Virus record (IMG/VR): IMGVR_UViG_3300002514_000031
Location: 1 to 59,495 of that record
Source: a virus
Taxonomy: Duplodnaviria > Caudoviricetes
Direction: 5' to 3' (one strand)
DNA: 59,495 nucleotides
Both the position numbers and the translations under genes were made by a program. The notes beneath the pieces were generated by a model. It searched no databases. It was given only the letters and a program-made list of their open reading frames with translations, and was not told where the DNA came from. Of this stretch, positions 29,744 through 38,422 are shown in pieces. Numbering within the stretch: position 1 is the stretch's first letter; each line of letters opens with the position of its first letter.

Positions 29744-30971
29744 GACATTTTCCCGTTTGGAGTTTGGAGATCCGTTCCATTTGTATTTGCGCCAGTTTGT
29801 ATTCTAGCAACGCATCCATTCCATTATACAAAAGCAGATCCGTCAAGTTGATCTGATTTATTTTGTTGAACTTGCTTTCGGCGGAGTCTTTGAGATAAGG
29901 TTGAATGTGATCGTCATAAGGAGGCTGTCCCAGTTGGACGTAGGATTGAAACTTGAGTCCAGTGACTCCCGCCTGATTGTTCAGTACATGAGCGGCAAGC
30001 ATCGTGTCCCATTTCCAATTCTTGACTTCCACTCCGAGGATCTTCTGTGTCCACCGATCCTCGAACTTCAAGTTGGCTGCAATCTTTCCGCAATCACTTT
30101 GTAGAAGTTCTTGGGTTGCTTCAATCACTTCTCCCATCCACGGGAAGGCAATTGTTTTGGTTCCTCCCGTACAAACTGCGCATGAATATATTCTGGCTCC
30201 TTTGTATTCGGGCTTCAAGCAGTTCGTCTCATAATCAAAAGCAATATCATCCCCCAGTAGGATCCATTGACGAAGAAGGCGTGCAGCTTCTTCGGGATCG
30301 TGAATGATGCGTATTTCTTTTTGGAGGTCAGGGATCTTTTCCCACGGTTTGGAATGTCTCTTTTTGATAGCGGATCTCAAGTGCTTCCGAAACCAGAGTG
30401 CCAATCCTCGGTTGCGTTCTTCTTCGAGAAGCTGCCACGGGTGATAAGTAGGAACGATCCATGCGTTGGGATTTTGCGAAGGAACAATGAACCCAGCCCA
30501 CTTGGTAGTTGGGCCAGGCGATTCCTTCCAAGTGTGTCCGATGAGACTTTGGATGGCGGTGTTTCCGAGAAGAACGACAACGGTGGGTTTCTTTTCTTCG
30601 ATGACTTGGAACAGGTTGCCACGACAACATAGGATCTCTGCACCGTTCGGCGTTCGTCCTTTCGGTGGACGACATCGCACTGCGTGAGTTCGCCAACAGT
30701 CCTTGTCCAGATGAACGCCCAAAGAGGTGAGTGTTTTTCGTAGGAGCAATCCTGCCTCTCCGCCGAACGAGTCGTGGTTGGCATCTTCTTTTTGATCAGG
30801 AGCTTCACCCACGATCAATATGCTTTTGTCTCCTTCACCTACCATCGGCATTTTAGGACAGGCGCATGAACGAGACAACCCGCATTTCCCGCAGAGAGGA
30901 ACTTTGCTCAATGGTCGGTCATTCGTTTGTAGTAGTTCGGACGTTGTCCAGAATCCCTTACTCATCCTCAA
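29736..30971 (-). CDS. Family 4 uracil-DNA glycosylase-like domain fused to DnaQ-like 3'-5' exonuclease
   Basis: CxxC, VGEAP, CRPP and TYHP, then FDYET, NLKFE, DTMLAAH and YNGMDA. Confidence 0.88.
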   Translation of the reverse strand: MRMSKGFWTTSELLQTNDRPLSKVPLCGKCGLSRSCACPKMPMVGEGDKSILIVGEAPDQKEDANHDSFGGEAGLLLRKTLTSLGVHLDKDCWRTHAVRCRPPKGRTPNGAEILCCRGNLFQVIEEKKPTVVVLLGNTAIQSLIGHTWKESPGPTTKWAGFIVPSQNPNAWIVPTYHPWQLLEEERNRGLALWFRKHLRSAIKKRHSKPWEKIPDLQKEIRIIHDPEEAARLLRQWILLGDDIAFDYETNCLKPEYKGARIYSCAVCTGGTKTIAFPWMGEVIEATQELLQSDCGKIAANLKFEDRWTQKILGVEVKNWKWDTMLAAHVLNNQAGVTGLKFQSYVQLGQPPYDDHIQPYLKDSAESKFNKINQINLTDLLLYNGMDALLEYKLAQIQMERISKLQTGKCHE

Positions 30972-31977
30972 TGACTCCCAGATACGTCACGAACACATAA
31001 CTGCCGTTGTCCACTTTCAACGCCTTCTCGGATACTTCGCACTTGTTGAATCGGTTCGTGATGTCGGAAAGGAGTTTGGGAGAGATCATGAATTCCAACG
31101 CTCGTCCTTTGTAGGAGGTGGGGCGGGTTTCGGTGTAGCTGCCGTTTGGGCCATCACCCGTGATTCGGATCCGCTTGGGTCTCATGTCCACTTTGACTTC
31201 GTTGTGTTCTTCTTCTCTGCTGAAAACCTCGGCACGCTCCGCCATCTCAGTAAGTGCTTTGGGAAGTTTGACGGGATCTCCTGACACATCCAACACTTTG
31301 TCCATCGGCGGGAAATCTTCGGCATATTGCCGACAGCTGAGGGTGAGTCCTTTTTTATTTCGGAAGTGAATCCAACTCTCCGTTATTGCCCACTCATACA
31401 TTACAGCTCTGCCAACTTCTTTCATTGCTTCGTGACGAACCAAAATTGACTTGTCCAATCCCGTGTCCATAGCGTATCGAGTGATTTGGAAGTTGTCGCA
31501 CGCTTCGATCCATTTGGGAGCGACATGAACGCACGTCAATGAGAAGTGACTCTCATCGGTACTGGCTGACTGACGAACGAGATCCACCGCTTGACTGAAT
31601 CCTTCGGGAATGTCCAACCATTCATCCTTCTTCTTCGGTACGTCCACCACGTCAATACCCAAGAGGATTTCGCTTTCCATTCTGATGCGCACTTCCTTCC
31701 GCTTCCCTTTGATGATGAGTGATCCTTCTTCCGTATCCAGCATCAATTTCTCATCGCTGATTTTATGAAGGACATCAATGAGTGGACGGGCTTGTACAGC
31801 TCCTTCGATGTCACCCACGTCACATTTGTAAGAGCATGCAACCTCGTCATTGTACGTGAACACCCGTTTGTTTTTGAAAACCACGCAGCTGCTTTGCTCT
31901 ACAATATCACGGGCGTTCAATCCTGGTGCCACGTTCTCCAATTGCGCCAACAGTTCTTCTCTGTCCACTTGATTCAT
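30958..31977 (-). CDS. dnaN: Sliding clamp, DNA polymerase III beta-like
   Basis: About 339 aa from ATG 31977 with AAGGA RBS; SLTCVHV..IEACDNFQI and EDFP motifs; near clamp loader and polymerase. Confidence 0.8.
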   Translation of the reverse strand: MNQVDREELLAQLENVAPGLNARDIVEQSSCVVFKNKRVFTYNDEVACSYKCDVGDIEGAVQARPLIDVLHKISDEKLMLDTEEGSLIIKGKRKEVRIRMESEILLGIDVVDVPKKKDEWLDIPEGFSQAVDLVRQSASTDESHFSLTCVHVAPKWIEACDNFQITRYAMDTGLDKSILVRHEAMKEVGRAVMYEWAITESWIHFRNKKGLTLSCRQYAEDFPPMDKVLDVSGDPVKLPKALTEMAERAEVFSREEEHNEVKVDMRPKRIRITGDGPNGSYTETRPTSYKGRALEFMISPKLLSDITNRFNKCEVSEKALKVDNGSYVFVTYLGVIEDE

Positions 31978-31990
31978 TTTCGATGTCCTT

Positions 31991-32824
31991 TCATCTGTTT
32001 GTGTATATGGTAGCAACCCGTGCTGGGTTGAGTCTCTTCTTGTAAGTTTCCAATCCACGCTGTCCCAGATCTCCTCCGTCATTGACGAGCGGAGGATGAT
32101 CTTTGAACCACTGGGCGTTTCGATAAAAGCACAAACGCAAAAACGCTTGCGCACACGGTTCTCCGTTGTCGATACAAAATCGGAAGTTGGTGAACCTCCA
32201 ATTGTAATCAGCCACGTTCATTCCGATGAGATTGTCATCGCCATCGAGCAAAATCCAGCGGTGGTTTCCGTTGAGAACGTAGTCCACCAAGATGTCTGGA
32301 TCATAGATAGAGTCTTTGCGATCCGCCCACGCCATCAATAGCGTTTCGATCTTCTCATCCAGAGTGGATCCGAGCACGCTCATGGGAACATATTGAAGGT
32401 CAGAATGAGCACGCAAAAAGGTGTTCGTGTTTTTTCGGAAGTTTGCCCAGCGTTGACCGCTCAAGTCGCAAAGAAATTCTTCATGGCGGTAGATGTACTG
32501 ACGATCCAACGCCTCTCCTTCGGACGCATCCAAGAAGCTGCTCCACCATTTGGCTCCTGTATGAATCAAAACATTCTCTTCCTCGAACAGCGGAGGAAAG
32601 AACCAACCGCCATCGTCATCGGTGTAACCGCTCAAGTGTCCCAGACGTGTCCAGACCAATCCTTTGCGCTCAATGTATTCATCGCTGACCCAAAAGTTCG
32701 GTTCAATCTTCTTCTGTCTCAGGTGGAGCCAATAGGTTGAATCCTTTTTTCTTTCCATCACTTTTGCCTTTGCTTCCTTTGCTTGTTCCGAAGCGTTTGT
32801 TTTTGATTTTGCTAATGAGGGCAC
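31991..32824 (-). CDS. DUF2156/MprF C-terminal-like GNAT-fold protein (putative aminoacyl-tRNA-dependent transferase)
   Basis: YIY...DLSGQRWANFRKNTNTF and VNDGGDLGQRGLETYKKRLNP resemble DUF2156 blocks. Confidence 0.7.
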   Translation of the reverse strand: MPSLAKSKTNASEQAKEAKAKVMERKKDSTYWLHLRQKKIEPNFWVSDEYIERKGLVWTRLGHLSGYTDDDGGWFFPPLFEEENVLIHTGAKWWSSFLDASEGEALDRQYIYRHEEFLCDLSGQRWANFRKNTNTFLRAHSDLQYVPMSVLGSTLDEKIETLLMAWADRKDSIYDPDILVDYVLNGNHRWILLDGDDNLIGMNVADYNWRFTNFRFCIDNGEPCAQAFLRLCFYRNAQWFKDHPPLVNDGGDLGQRGLETYKKRLNPARVATIYTNR

Positions 32825-32864
32825 GGCTCACGCCTCCGCTCTTTCTACTTTTTCCGCCCATGTG

Positions 32865-33614
32865 TCATTCATCCTTTCCCAGCTCGTCATATACGCATAA
32901 ACCAATCACGCATTCCATCGGGAAGCGTTTGTCTGTGCTTTCGATCCATGCGATGTTCTTATCAAAACTCCATTCCAGATTATCCGCAAAAGCGTACAAC
33001 GCAGCGAAGTCCTGCGTGCGGATCCCGATGGGCTCGAACTCATCCAACTCTTGCGATGCTACGGCGTTCAATCCCACGCTCTCTTTTTTCGTGATGGTGA
33101 TGATTGAACCTGAATAAATATCTCGCTGGACAATACGCAATTTGCCTTTGCGTGCGGAGAACTCGATGTGGCTCAGGTTCTCGTCCAGTAGTTTGAACAG
33201 ATCGGATCCCAAGATCACGCTGTTGCCTTCGGGCTTCTCGAATTTTTCAAAAAGACTCCGCACATTGTCAGGCGTTCTTTCGGGAGTCTTACAAGATTTG
33301 GTCTTGGTGTATTTGTCGGTGCGGGTAATGAATTTGATGCGGCCACCTTCCTCGAGAAACTCCTTGGATTCATAGTCATCCGCTCGGAAGGAGACGGGAG
33401 AAGCAAAGGTTGAATCCTGCTTCCTCAAAGGGAAATGAATCAGCACCGTAGAGTCCTGATTGAGAATGAAAATCTTTTTGTTCAAGCAATAGATCGTATT
33501 GCGCAACCTCCCGTTCTGCGTCAATGCGGCAGCGTGTGAAAAGATGTCTTCCACGGTCTGATTGATTTTGGTGTTTCTTTTTTTCTTCGCTGCCTTCTTT
33601 TTCTTTTTGGCCAT
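32865..33614 (-). CDS. Hypothetical protein, possibly clamp (PCNA/gp45)-like fold
   Basis: 249 aa alternating helix/strand pattern; fold is an inference only. Confidence 0.35.
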   Translation of the reverse strand: MAKKKKKAAKKKRNTKINQTVEDIFSHAAALTQNGRLRNTIYCLNKKIFILNQDSTVLIHFPLRKQDSTFASPVSFRADDYESKEFLEEGGRIKFITRTDKYTKTKSCKTPERTPDNVRSLFEKFEKPEGNSVILGSDLFKLLDENLSHIEFSARKGKLRIVQRDIYSGSIITITKKESVGLNAVASQELDEFEPIGIRTQDFAALYAFADNLEWSFDKNIAWIESTDKRFPMECVIGLCVYDELGKDE

Positions 33615-33615
33615 G

Positions 33616-35037
33616 TTATAATCCTTTTATGATGTCTTCAAGTATCCGCTCTCTGAAATCGGTGTCTTTGTATTTCCAAACCAATGAACCTTCATCGGTT
33701 CCCGCCACGTGCATTCCTCTTGACCAGCTGTGGGAGTAGGCACTTTGGTTCCCTTCAGTATTCCAAAGTGCCTTCACATCCCTGTACAACGCTGCACTCA
33801 AAAAGCCTCCGTGTTTGTTGACGTAGTTGACGAAGTTTTTCCATGATGTCGGTTTGCCTTTTCGTTTTTGAATATAACGAGCTGCAGTGACAGTGCATCC
33901 ATAATTGAATCCGCCTCGGAACCAATCACCAACCTCGCAACATACCATCTGATTATTGTCGGGAGCATTTCCCATATCGAACGTGGAACAAGAGAAACCT
34001 CGCTCACGAAACATCTGCATGAACTTTCCCAATAGCAAACTTCCCGCTGCTTGCGAGTCGCACCCGAGGAGAAACAATCTGTCCCAATCGTATCCCATGT
34101 TATGAAAACTTTGCCTGATGCCAGGATTCTTTGCGGTGTATGAATAGGTGTCGAAGGTTATATGACGACAACCGATTTCCCAAACATCTTTCATGTATTG
34201 TTCCACGTCCTCTTTTTTGTCGTTCAGAAAAACCAAGAACGGTTCAATGCGAGGCACCACACGCACGCCAGCTTTCACGAGTTTCTCCATTGCACGCAAT
34301 CGTCTGCGATACGAAGGTGCGCCAGGTTCCAGTTCTTTCAGGAACTCATTGTCAGAAGAAATCAAAGTCATATGAACAGCTGCTCGTCCTGCGTTACGTG
34401 CGAGTGCCTCCACATAATCGTCTCGACCAACCAAAGCACTTTTGGTGTTTATCATTACAGGATAAGAAATGTCAGCGAGATACTCCAGAAGTTCCAAGCT
34501 GATTCCTTTTTCTTTTTCATCATCGAGAAAGTCCTCAAAGCGGATCCCGAACCTCATTGGAATTTCCAAGCCTATGGCTTTGGCTACGGCGGCACCCGAA
34601 GCGAAGGAGTGAGGATCCTTTCCACGGTTCTTCATAAGCACATCCAGTTCCTTTTTATACATGGTGGCATTACAATGACGGAACCCCATTGTTTTGGAAT
34701 TGTCGAAGAAGGCCGTGTACAAACTCGCTCGAAAGGCATTGGCGTAGCAATACTTGCAACCGAACGGGCAGAGCAATCCATCCCACGTATCAATATTCAG
34801 AGGCATCGGACACGCCTGAGCACGGCACGATACTTCTACGAAACTGTTCAGCTCTTCGAGGTTCAGGAGACGTTCCTGAGGGATCCATTTACTCTCGGTG
34901 AGTTTGAATTCTTGGTATTGAGTTTTGCGTCCTTTCTCTTTGACGGGTTGGATCTTTCCTTTCTCGTCAACGAGTTTGCGAGTGCGTGGGATCACGTTCG
35001 CAACTATGGATCTCAGTTCATAATAATCCATGGTCAC
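33616..35037 (-). CDS. Radical SAM enzyme, spore photoproduct lyase-like
   Basis: CPFGCKYC motif, INTKS, LEPGAPS..RRL and RIEPF. Confidence 0.88.
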   Translation of the reverse strand: MTMDYYELRSIVANVIPRTRKLVDEKGKIQPVKEKGRKTQYQEFKLTESKWIPQERLLNLEELNSFVEVSCRAQACPMPLNIDTWDGLLCPFGCKYCYANAFRASLYTAFFDNSKTMGFRHCNATMYKKELDVLMKNRGKDPHSFASGAAVAKAIGLEIPMRFGIRFEDFLDDEKEKGISLELLEYLADISYPVMINTKSALVGRDDYVEALARNAGRAAVHMTLISSDNEFLKELEPGAPSYRRRLRAMEKLVKAGVRVVPRIEPFLVFLNDKKEDVEQYMKDVWEIGCRHITFDTYSYTAKNPGIRQSFHNMGYDWDRLFLLGCDSQAAGSLLLGKFMQMFRERGFSCSTFDMGNAPDNNQMVCCEVGDWFRGGFNYGCTVTAARYIQKRKGKPTSWKNFVNYVNKHGGFLSAALYRDVKALWNTEGNQSAYSHSWSRGMHVAGTDEGSLVWKYKDTDFRERILEDIIKGL

Positions 35038-35537
35038 CCTTCCATCATCTTTTTTACTTCGGGCAATTCTTTGTTATTGTTCAGAACAGCTTTTGTGAAA
35101 GGCTTGACGTGATCTTTCAATTGGTATCCCGTTCGGTGACAGTCTTTCATAAGGGTGTCCAATTTGGATGCGGTCTTTTCATAGAAGTTTGGATCACCTT
35201 TTCCGAGTTTTGGAACGAGGCCAAAACCTTTTTTTGATTTCTTCCCCTCTTTCTGTTCGGCAATCATATCCAGCAGGATCATCCCAGCTGCGTAGTTGCT
35301 TTTTGCCGCCAGTAGTGTGTGGGCAACAGTTGAGTCCTTGTCATCTTCTCGTTTTATCACGCAGTGGTTTTTGTTTTTGTAGATGTGTCCGAACTTTGTT
35401 CTGTCTTCCACGTTTGAAAAGACATGCGTGTTCTTCCTATTGACTTTCAGATCGCCAAAAGGCAAAAAGCCATCCACGCCTTCAAACACAAGGGATTCCA
35501 CACGTGTCGCTTTCATACTATATTTTGATCCTGACAT
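35034..35537 (-). CDS. Hypothetical protein
   Basis: First gene after promoter motif; AAGGAG RBS. Confidence 0.7.
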   Translation of the reverse strand: MSGSKYSMKATRVESLVFEGVDGFLPFGDLKVNRKNTHVFSNVEDRTKFGHIYKNKNHCVIKREDDKDSTVAHTLLAAKSNYAAGMILLDMIAEQKEGKKSKKGFGLVPKLGKGDPNFYEKTASKLDTLMKDCHRTGYQLKDHVKPFTKAVLNNNKELPEVKKMMEG

Positions 35538-35555
35538 TTTTATTTCTCCTTCTGT

Positions 35556-35567
35556 CTTATTATAGAT
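35556..35567 (-). promoter_or_regulatory. Phage promoter motif ATCTATAATAAG
   Basis: Exact 12-mer followed by AAGGAG and ATG 35537. Confidence 0.8.
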
Positions 35568-35591
35568 TGATGATATCGAAACAATCTGACT

Positions 35592-36509
35592 TTATGGAAT
35601 AAGGTGCTCAAAACCTTCCGAACCTATCGCATCAAATGTTCCGTCCAGTATTTTCCTGATGTTCTCTTCTATGACATCACGTTTGTTTTTCGTAATGGAT
35701 GTCGCATGCCATCTTTTTTCTTTCCAACCCACGAAGGGTTCTGTTTTCGGTAGTTCTTTTATTTTGTACGTGTTGTCAAATAGTTGTCTGATGTTTCCGT
35801 TGTCTAATGCGCATAGCAAATAATCTCGGCACCAGTGGATCGCATTCAAAACTTCTTCTGGATTCACTGAGGCGGAGAAATGACGAAACTCTATTGTGTC
35901 TGTTTGTAGAAGTTGGCGGAGACTGATTGCCGCCCGAGGTTGAGCGTGCCATAGTGGGCTCCCTTTTTTGCTTTGCGGAACTTCTAACTCAAAGAACCTT
36001 TTGATTGATTTGGCTTGTAGTTGTTTTTGTACTCGGTTTATTGGAATGGAAGTCCAGTGACTCATTCTCATCCACCGCTGACGTTTCACCGCTTCTTTGT
36101 GTTCTCGGGCAGATGGGAAATCGAAGCGAGTGGGAATGGGCAACGGATCCACATGATGATAAATGTCGGTGTTTTCCGATATGAATTTTTGGATCTTTTT
36201 CAGAACGTCCAAGTTGTCTTTCAATCCTGGCATGCGAATGTGAACATGCAAACCCGCTCGATGAGTCGCCACCGCTCTCGGGTGCTTCTTCAAAAACTTT
36301 TGAAGGAGTTTGATTTGTTCCTCGGGTGTTTCCGTTGCGGGTGTATTGATTTCTCCTCCAAATGGATAGCTCTTCAGGGAAGGATCCGTTGCGATCCCGT
36401 TACTGTTACAAGCGTTTGGTTCTGGATCTCTTCCGAAACCTTCCCAACCTTTCCGAGTATCCCAATCACCGAACTCGTGCTCACAACCGTATGTCCATTT
36501 CATATCCAT
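35592..36509 (-). CDS. Amidoligase (glutamine synthetase-like COOH-NH2 ligase)
   Basis: TYGCEHEF, GEINTP, GLHVHI and TIEFR motifs. Confidence 0.82.
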   Translation of the reverse strand: MDMKWTYGCEHEFGDWDTRKGWEGFGRDPEPNACNSNGIATDPSLKSYPFGGEINTPATETPEEQIKLLQKFLKKHPRAVATHRAGLHVHIRMPGLKDNLDVLKKIQKFISENTDIYHHVDPLPIPTRFDFPSAREHKEAVKRQRWMRMSHWTSIPINRVQKQLQAKSIKRFFELEVPQSKKGSPLWHAQPRAAISLRQLLQTDTIEFRHFSASVNPEEVLNAIHWCRDYLLCALDNGNIRQLFDNTYKIKELPKTEPFVGWKEKRWHATSITKNKRDVIEENIRKILDGTFDAIGSEGFEHLIP

Positions 36510-37360
36510 TCTCCTTCATGGCCTATATTCCAAAACAAAATCGGTTCTTCAATTGGTCGGTGCGTTCTCATAAGCCACTGCCACGCCTTGCGGTCATAGA
36601 AAGCATGACACGGAAAAGGGCAAGGCTCCTCGGATCGTTCGGTGTACTCCCATCCCAAGTCAACCAATTTCAAATTCTTTCTTTTAATTCCAGTGATCCC
36701 GCCTTCCACCTTTTTGGCTTTGAAAAGGATCTTCTTTTTTTTCTGAATGACGTTTCCTGTCCGACACATAATGCCGAACGCCTTGCAGCCTTCGGGAAGT
36801 TTCCTCAACAGTCCAGCAAAGATTGTTCCCGATCCTACGCAACACACCACCGTCCGAAGAGTGATCTTTTTCAGAGTCCTTTGAAACTCTCTAGCGGTTT
36901 CGTGAATCGTCTGTTCCAAAGGCAATCCCAAGTCCAGCATCTCCGCTTCTTTTCCAAACTCGTTCCGCAATCTTTTTCTACAGATATGATAATTCACTCT
37001 TGCCATTCCCGCTTCCACTTTGCGGATCGTGGCGTTGCACTTCTTCCAGTGCTTCCGATGGATCTTCAGAACCTCATGCGGTTCTTTGTATTGAGGATCG
37101 TATATGACGGCCTGTAAGCCAAGTTGTTGGCACGCCCATGCAACTCCCCATCCAGCCATGCTGATGCTCGTCTCGGTGTATCCTACCACGCGCAATCCCT
37201 TTTCCTTCCGCTCGGATAAGTAAGTATACACGCCTCTCATTTTGCTGAATGGCGGGGATCCTTCTGGCCCGCAGAGATCTTCCCGCTTGACGTGGATGGT
37301 TCTGCCTCCTGCTTCGTAGGTTTCAATGGGGGTGTTTTTTCTCATCGTCAGTTTCGTCAT
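36500..37360 (-). CDS. PLP-dependent enzyme, fold type II (ACC deaminase/cysteine synthase-like)
   Basis: VKREDL...SKMRG (Schiff-base Lys), VGSGT loop, YDRKAW and LFWNIG. Confidence 0.85.
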   Translation of the reverse strand: MTKLTMRKNTPIETYEAGGRTIHVKREDLCGPEGSPPFSKMRGVYTYLSERKEKGLRVVGYTETSISMAGWGVAWACQQLGLQAVIYDPQYKEPHEVLKIHRKHWKKCNATIRKVEAGMARVNYHICRKRLRNEFGKEAEMLDLGLPLEQTIHETAREFQRTLKKITLRTVVCCVGSGTIFAGLLRKLPEGCKAFGIMCRTGNVIQKKKKILFKAKKVEGGITGIKRKNLKLVDLGWEYTERSEEPCPFPCHAFYDRKAWQWLMRTHRPIEEPILFWNIGHEGEWI

Positions 37361-38421
37361 AACACTCCCGCATCTTTCATAGTATAGAAGTCACCCTTTT
37401 TTCCCGTCAGTATTTTCAAGCCTTCTTCTTTGTTTCCAATCCCTTCCCATGTGGTGTTCTCGATGTGTTCTTTGTCGTGTCCTGCTTGTAGCATACTTTT
37501 CCAATAGTGAGTATTGAAGAGGGACGGGTTGGGCACGTTGATTCCGCAGCAGGTGTTCGCTTGTTCTTTCCAATCGGATCCCGTGTTCACAAAATCAGGA
37601 CACCCCAAACGGATCCCCACGTCATCGGCAATCTCGCATAATTTCTTTTGGATCTTCCGCCAAGGCCGATCCTGATTCATCGTCCAGATCTTCTCGATGT
37701 CCAATCCAATTGAATGGAACCGTTTGGCTACGTGGTCATTGAGATGAAGATTATATGTATTGTAGCTCTCCACGCCGATGTCTTTCAACCTGAGCAGGAG
37801 ATCTCGGAACTGTTCGGTGGTATGCAATCCTGGAATGAAGGGTTCACCGTTGACTCCCACAGCATATCCTGTTCGCACCCAGCGTCTCATTATGCGGAAC
37901 CGCTTGTCAATGGGCGTGGTTCTTTTTCGTTCCAGCGTTTCCCAATCCCATTCGGCGCCAGGAGAAATCACGGGCATCACCGTGAGTAGTTTTTTGTCTC
38001 GAGCTTCTTGAAGAAGAGGTTCGCACAAAACCAAGTTCCCGAGGAAGTGGGTTTGAATTACGAACGTCCAATTCAAATCTATCAAGTGCTGAAGGATCCG
38101 CATGGATACTTTGTGTTTGATTTCGGCGGGTTGGAAAGGATCCGTTTTGTTGCCGAAGCGTATTGTTTTTTTGAGGCGGAGTGCGTTTGCCAAACTGGTT
38201 TTGGGATTCTTGTTTTTCAATCCCGCTTCCAGCTTTCGGCGGATCTGTTCGGGATCCGCTGGCCGAAGATCTTGCCCCCACGTCCGATTCAACTTGCGCA
38301 AATAGCAATGGTGGCAATCCGCTTCGCAGTTCCAATAACTGTCAATAGAAAAAGGCAGTGGACAATAGAGGCAATCACCTCTAATGCCCACTGCCGATTT
38401 GTATGTTTTGGTGTCTGCCAT
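37357..38421 (-). CDS. Radical SAM enzyme, SPL-like, paralogue of 33616..35037
   Basis: CEADCHHC motif, RFGNKTDPFQPAE, GEPFIPG, C-terminal CCG. Confidence 0.88.
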   Translation of the reverse strand: MADTKTYKSAVGIRGDCLYCPLPFSIDSYWNCEADCHHCYLRKLNRTWGQDLRPADPEQIRRKLEAGLKNKNPKTSLANALRLKKTIRFGNKTDPFQPAEIKHKVSMRILQHLIDLNWTFVIQTHFLGNLVLCEPLLQEARDKKLLTVMPVISPGAEWDWETLERKRTTPIDKRFRIMRRWVRTGYAVGVNGEPFIPGLHTTEQFRDLLLRLKDIGVESYNTYNLHLNDHVAKRFHSIGLDIEKIWTMNQDRPWRKIQKKLCEIADDVGIRLGCPDFVNTGSDWKEQANTCCGINVPNPSLFNTHYWKSMLQAGHDKEHIENTTWEGIGNKEEGLKILTGKKGDFYTMKDAGVL

Positions 38422-38422
38422 A

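Noticed and set aside
34162-37117. Long + strand ORFs (316, 192 and 251 aa) over the modification cluster
   Set aside because: Antisense shadows of motif-bearing minus-strand enzymes.
33616-38421. Reading the rSAM genes as QueE (7-deazaguanine pathway) or an anaerobic RNR activase
   Set aside because: Motifs are SPL-like, and no FolE, QueC, QueD, DpdA or NrdD genes were recognised.
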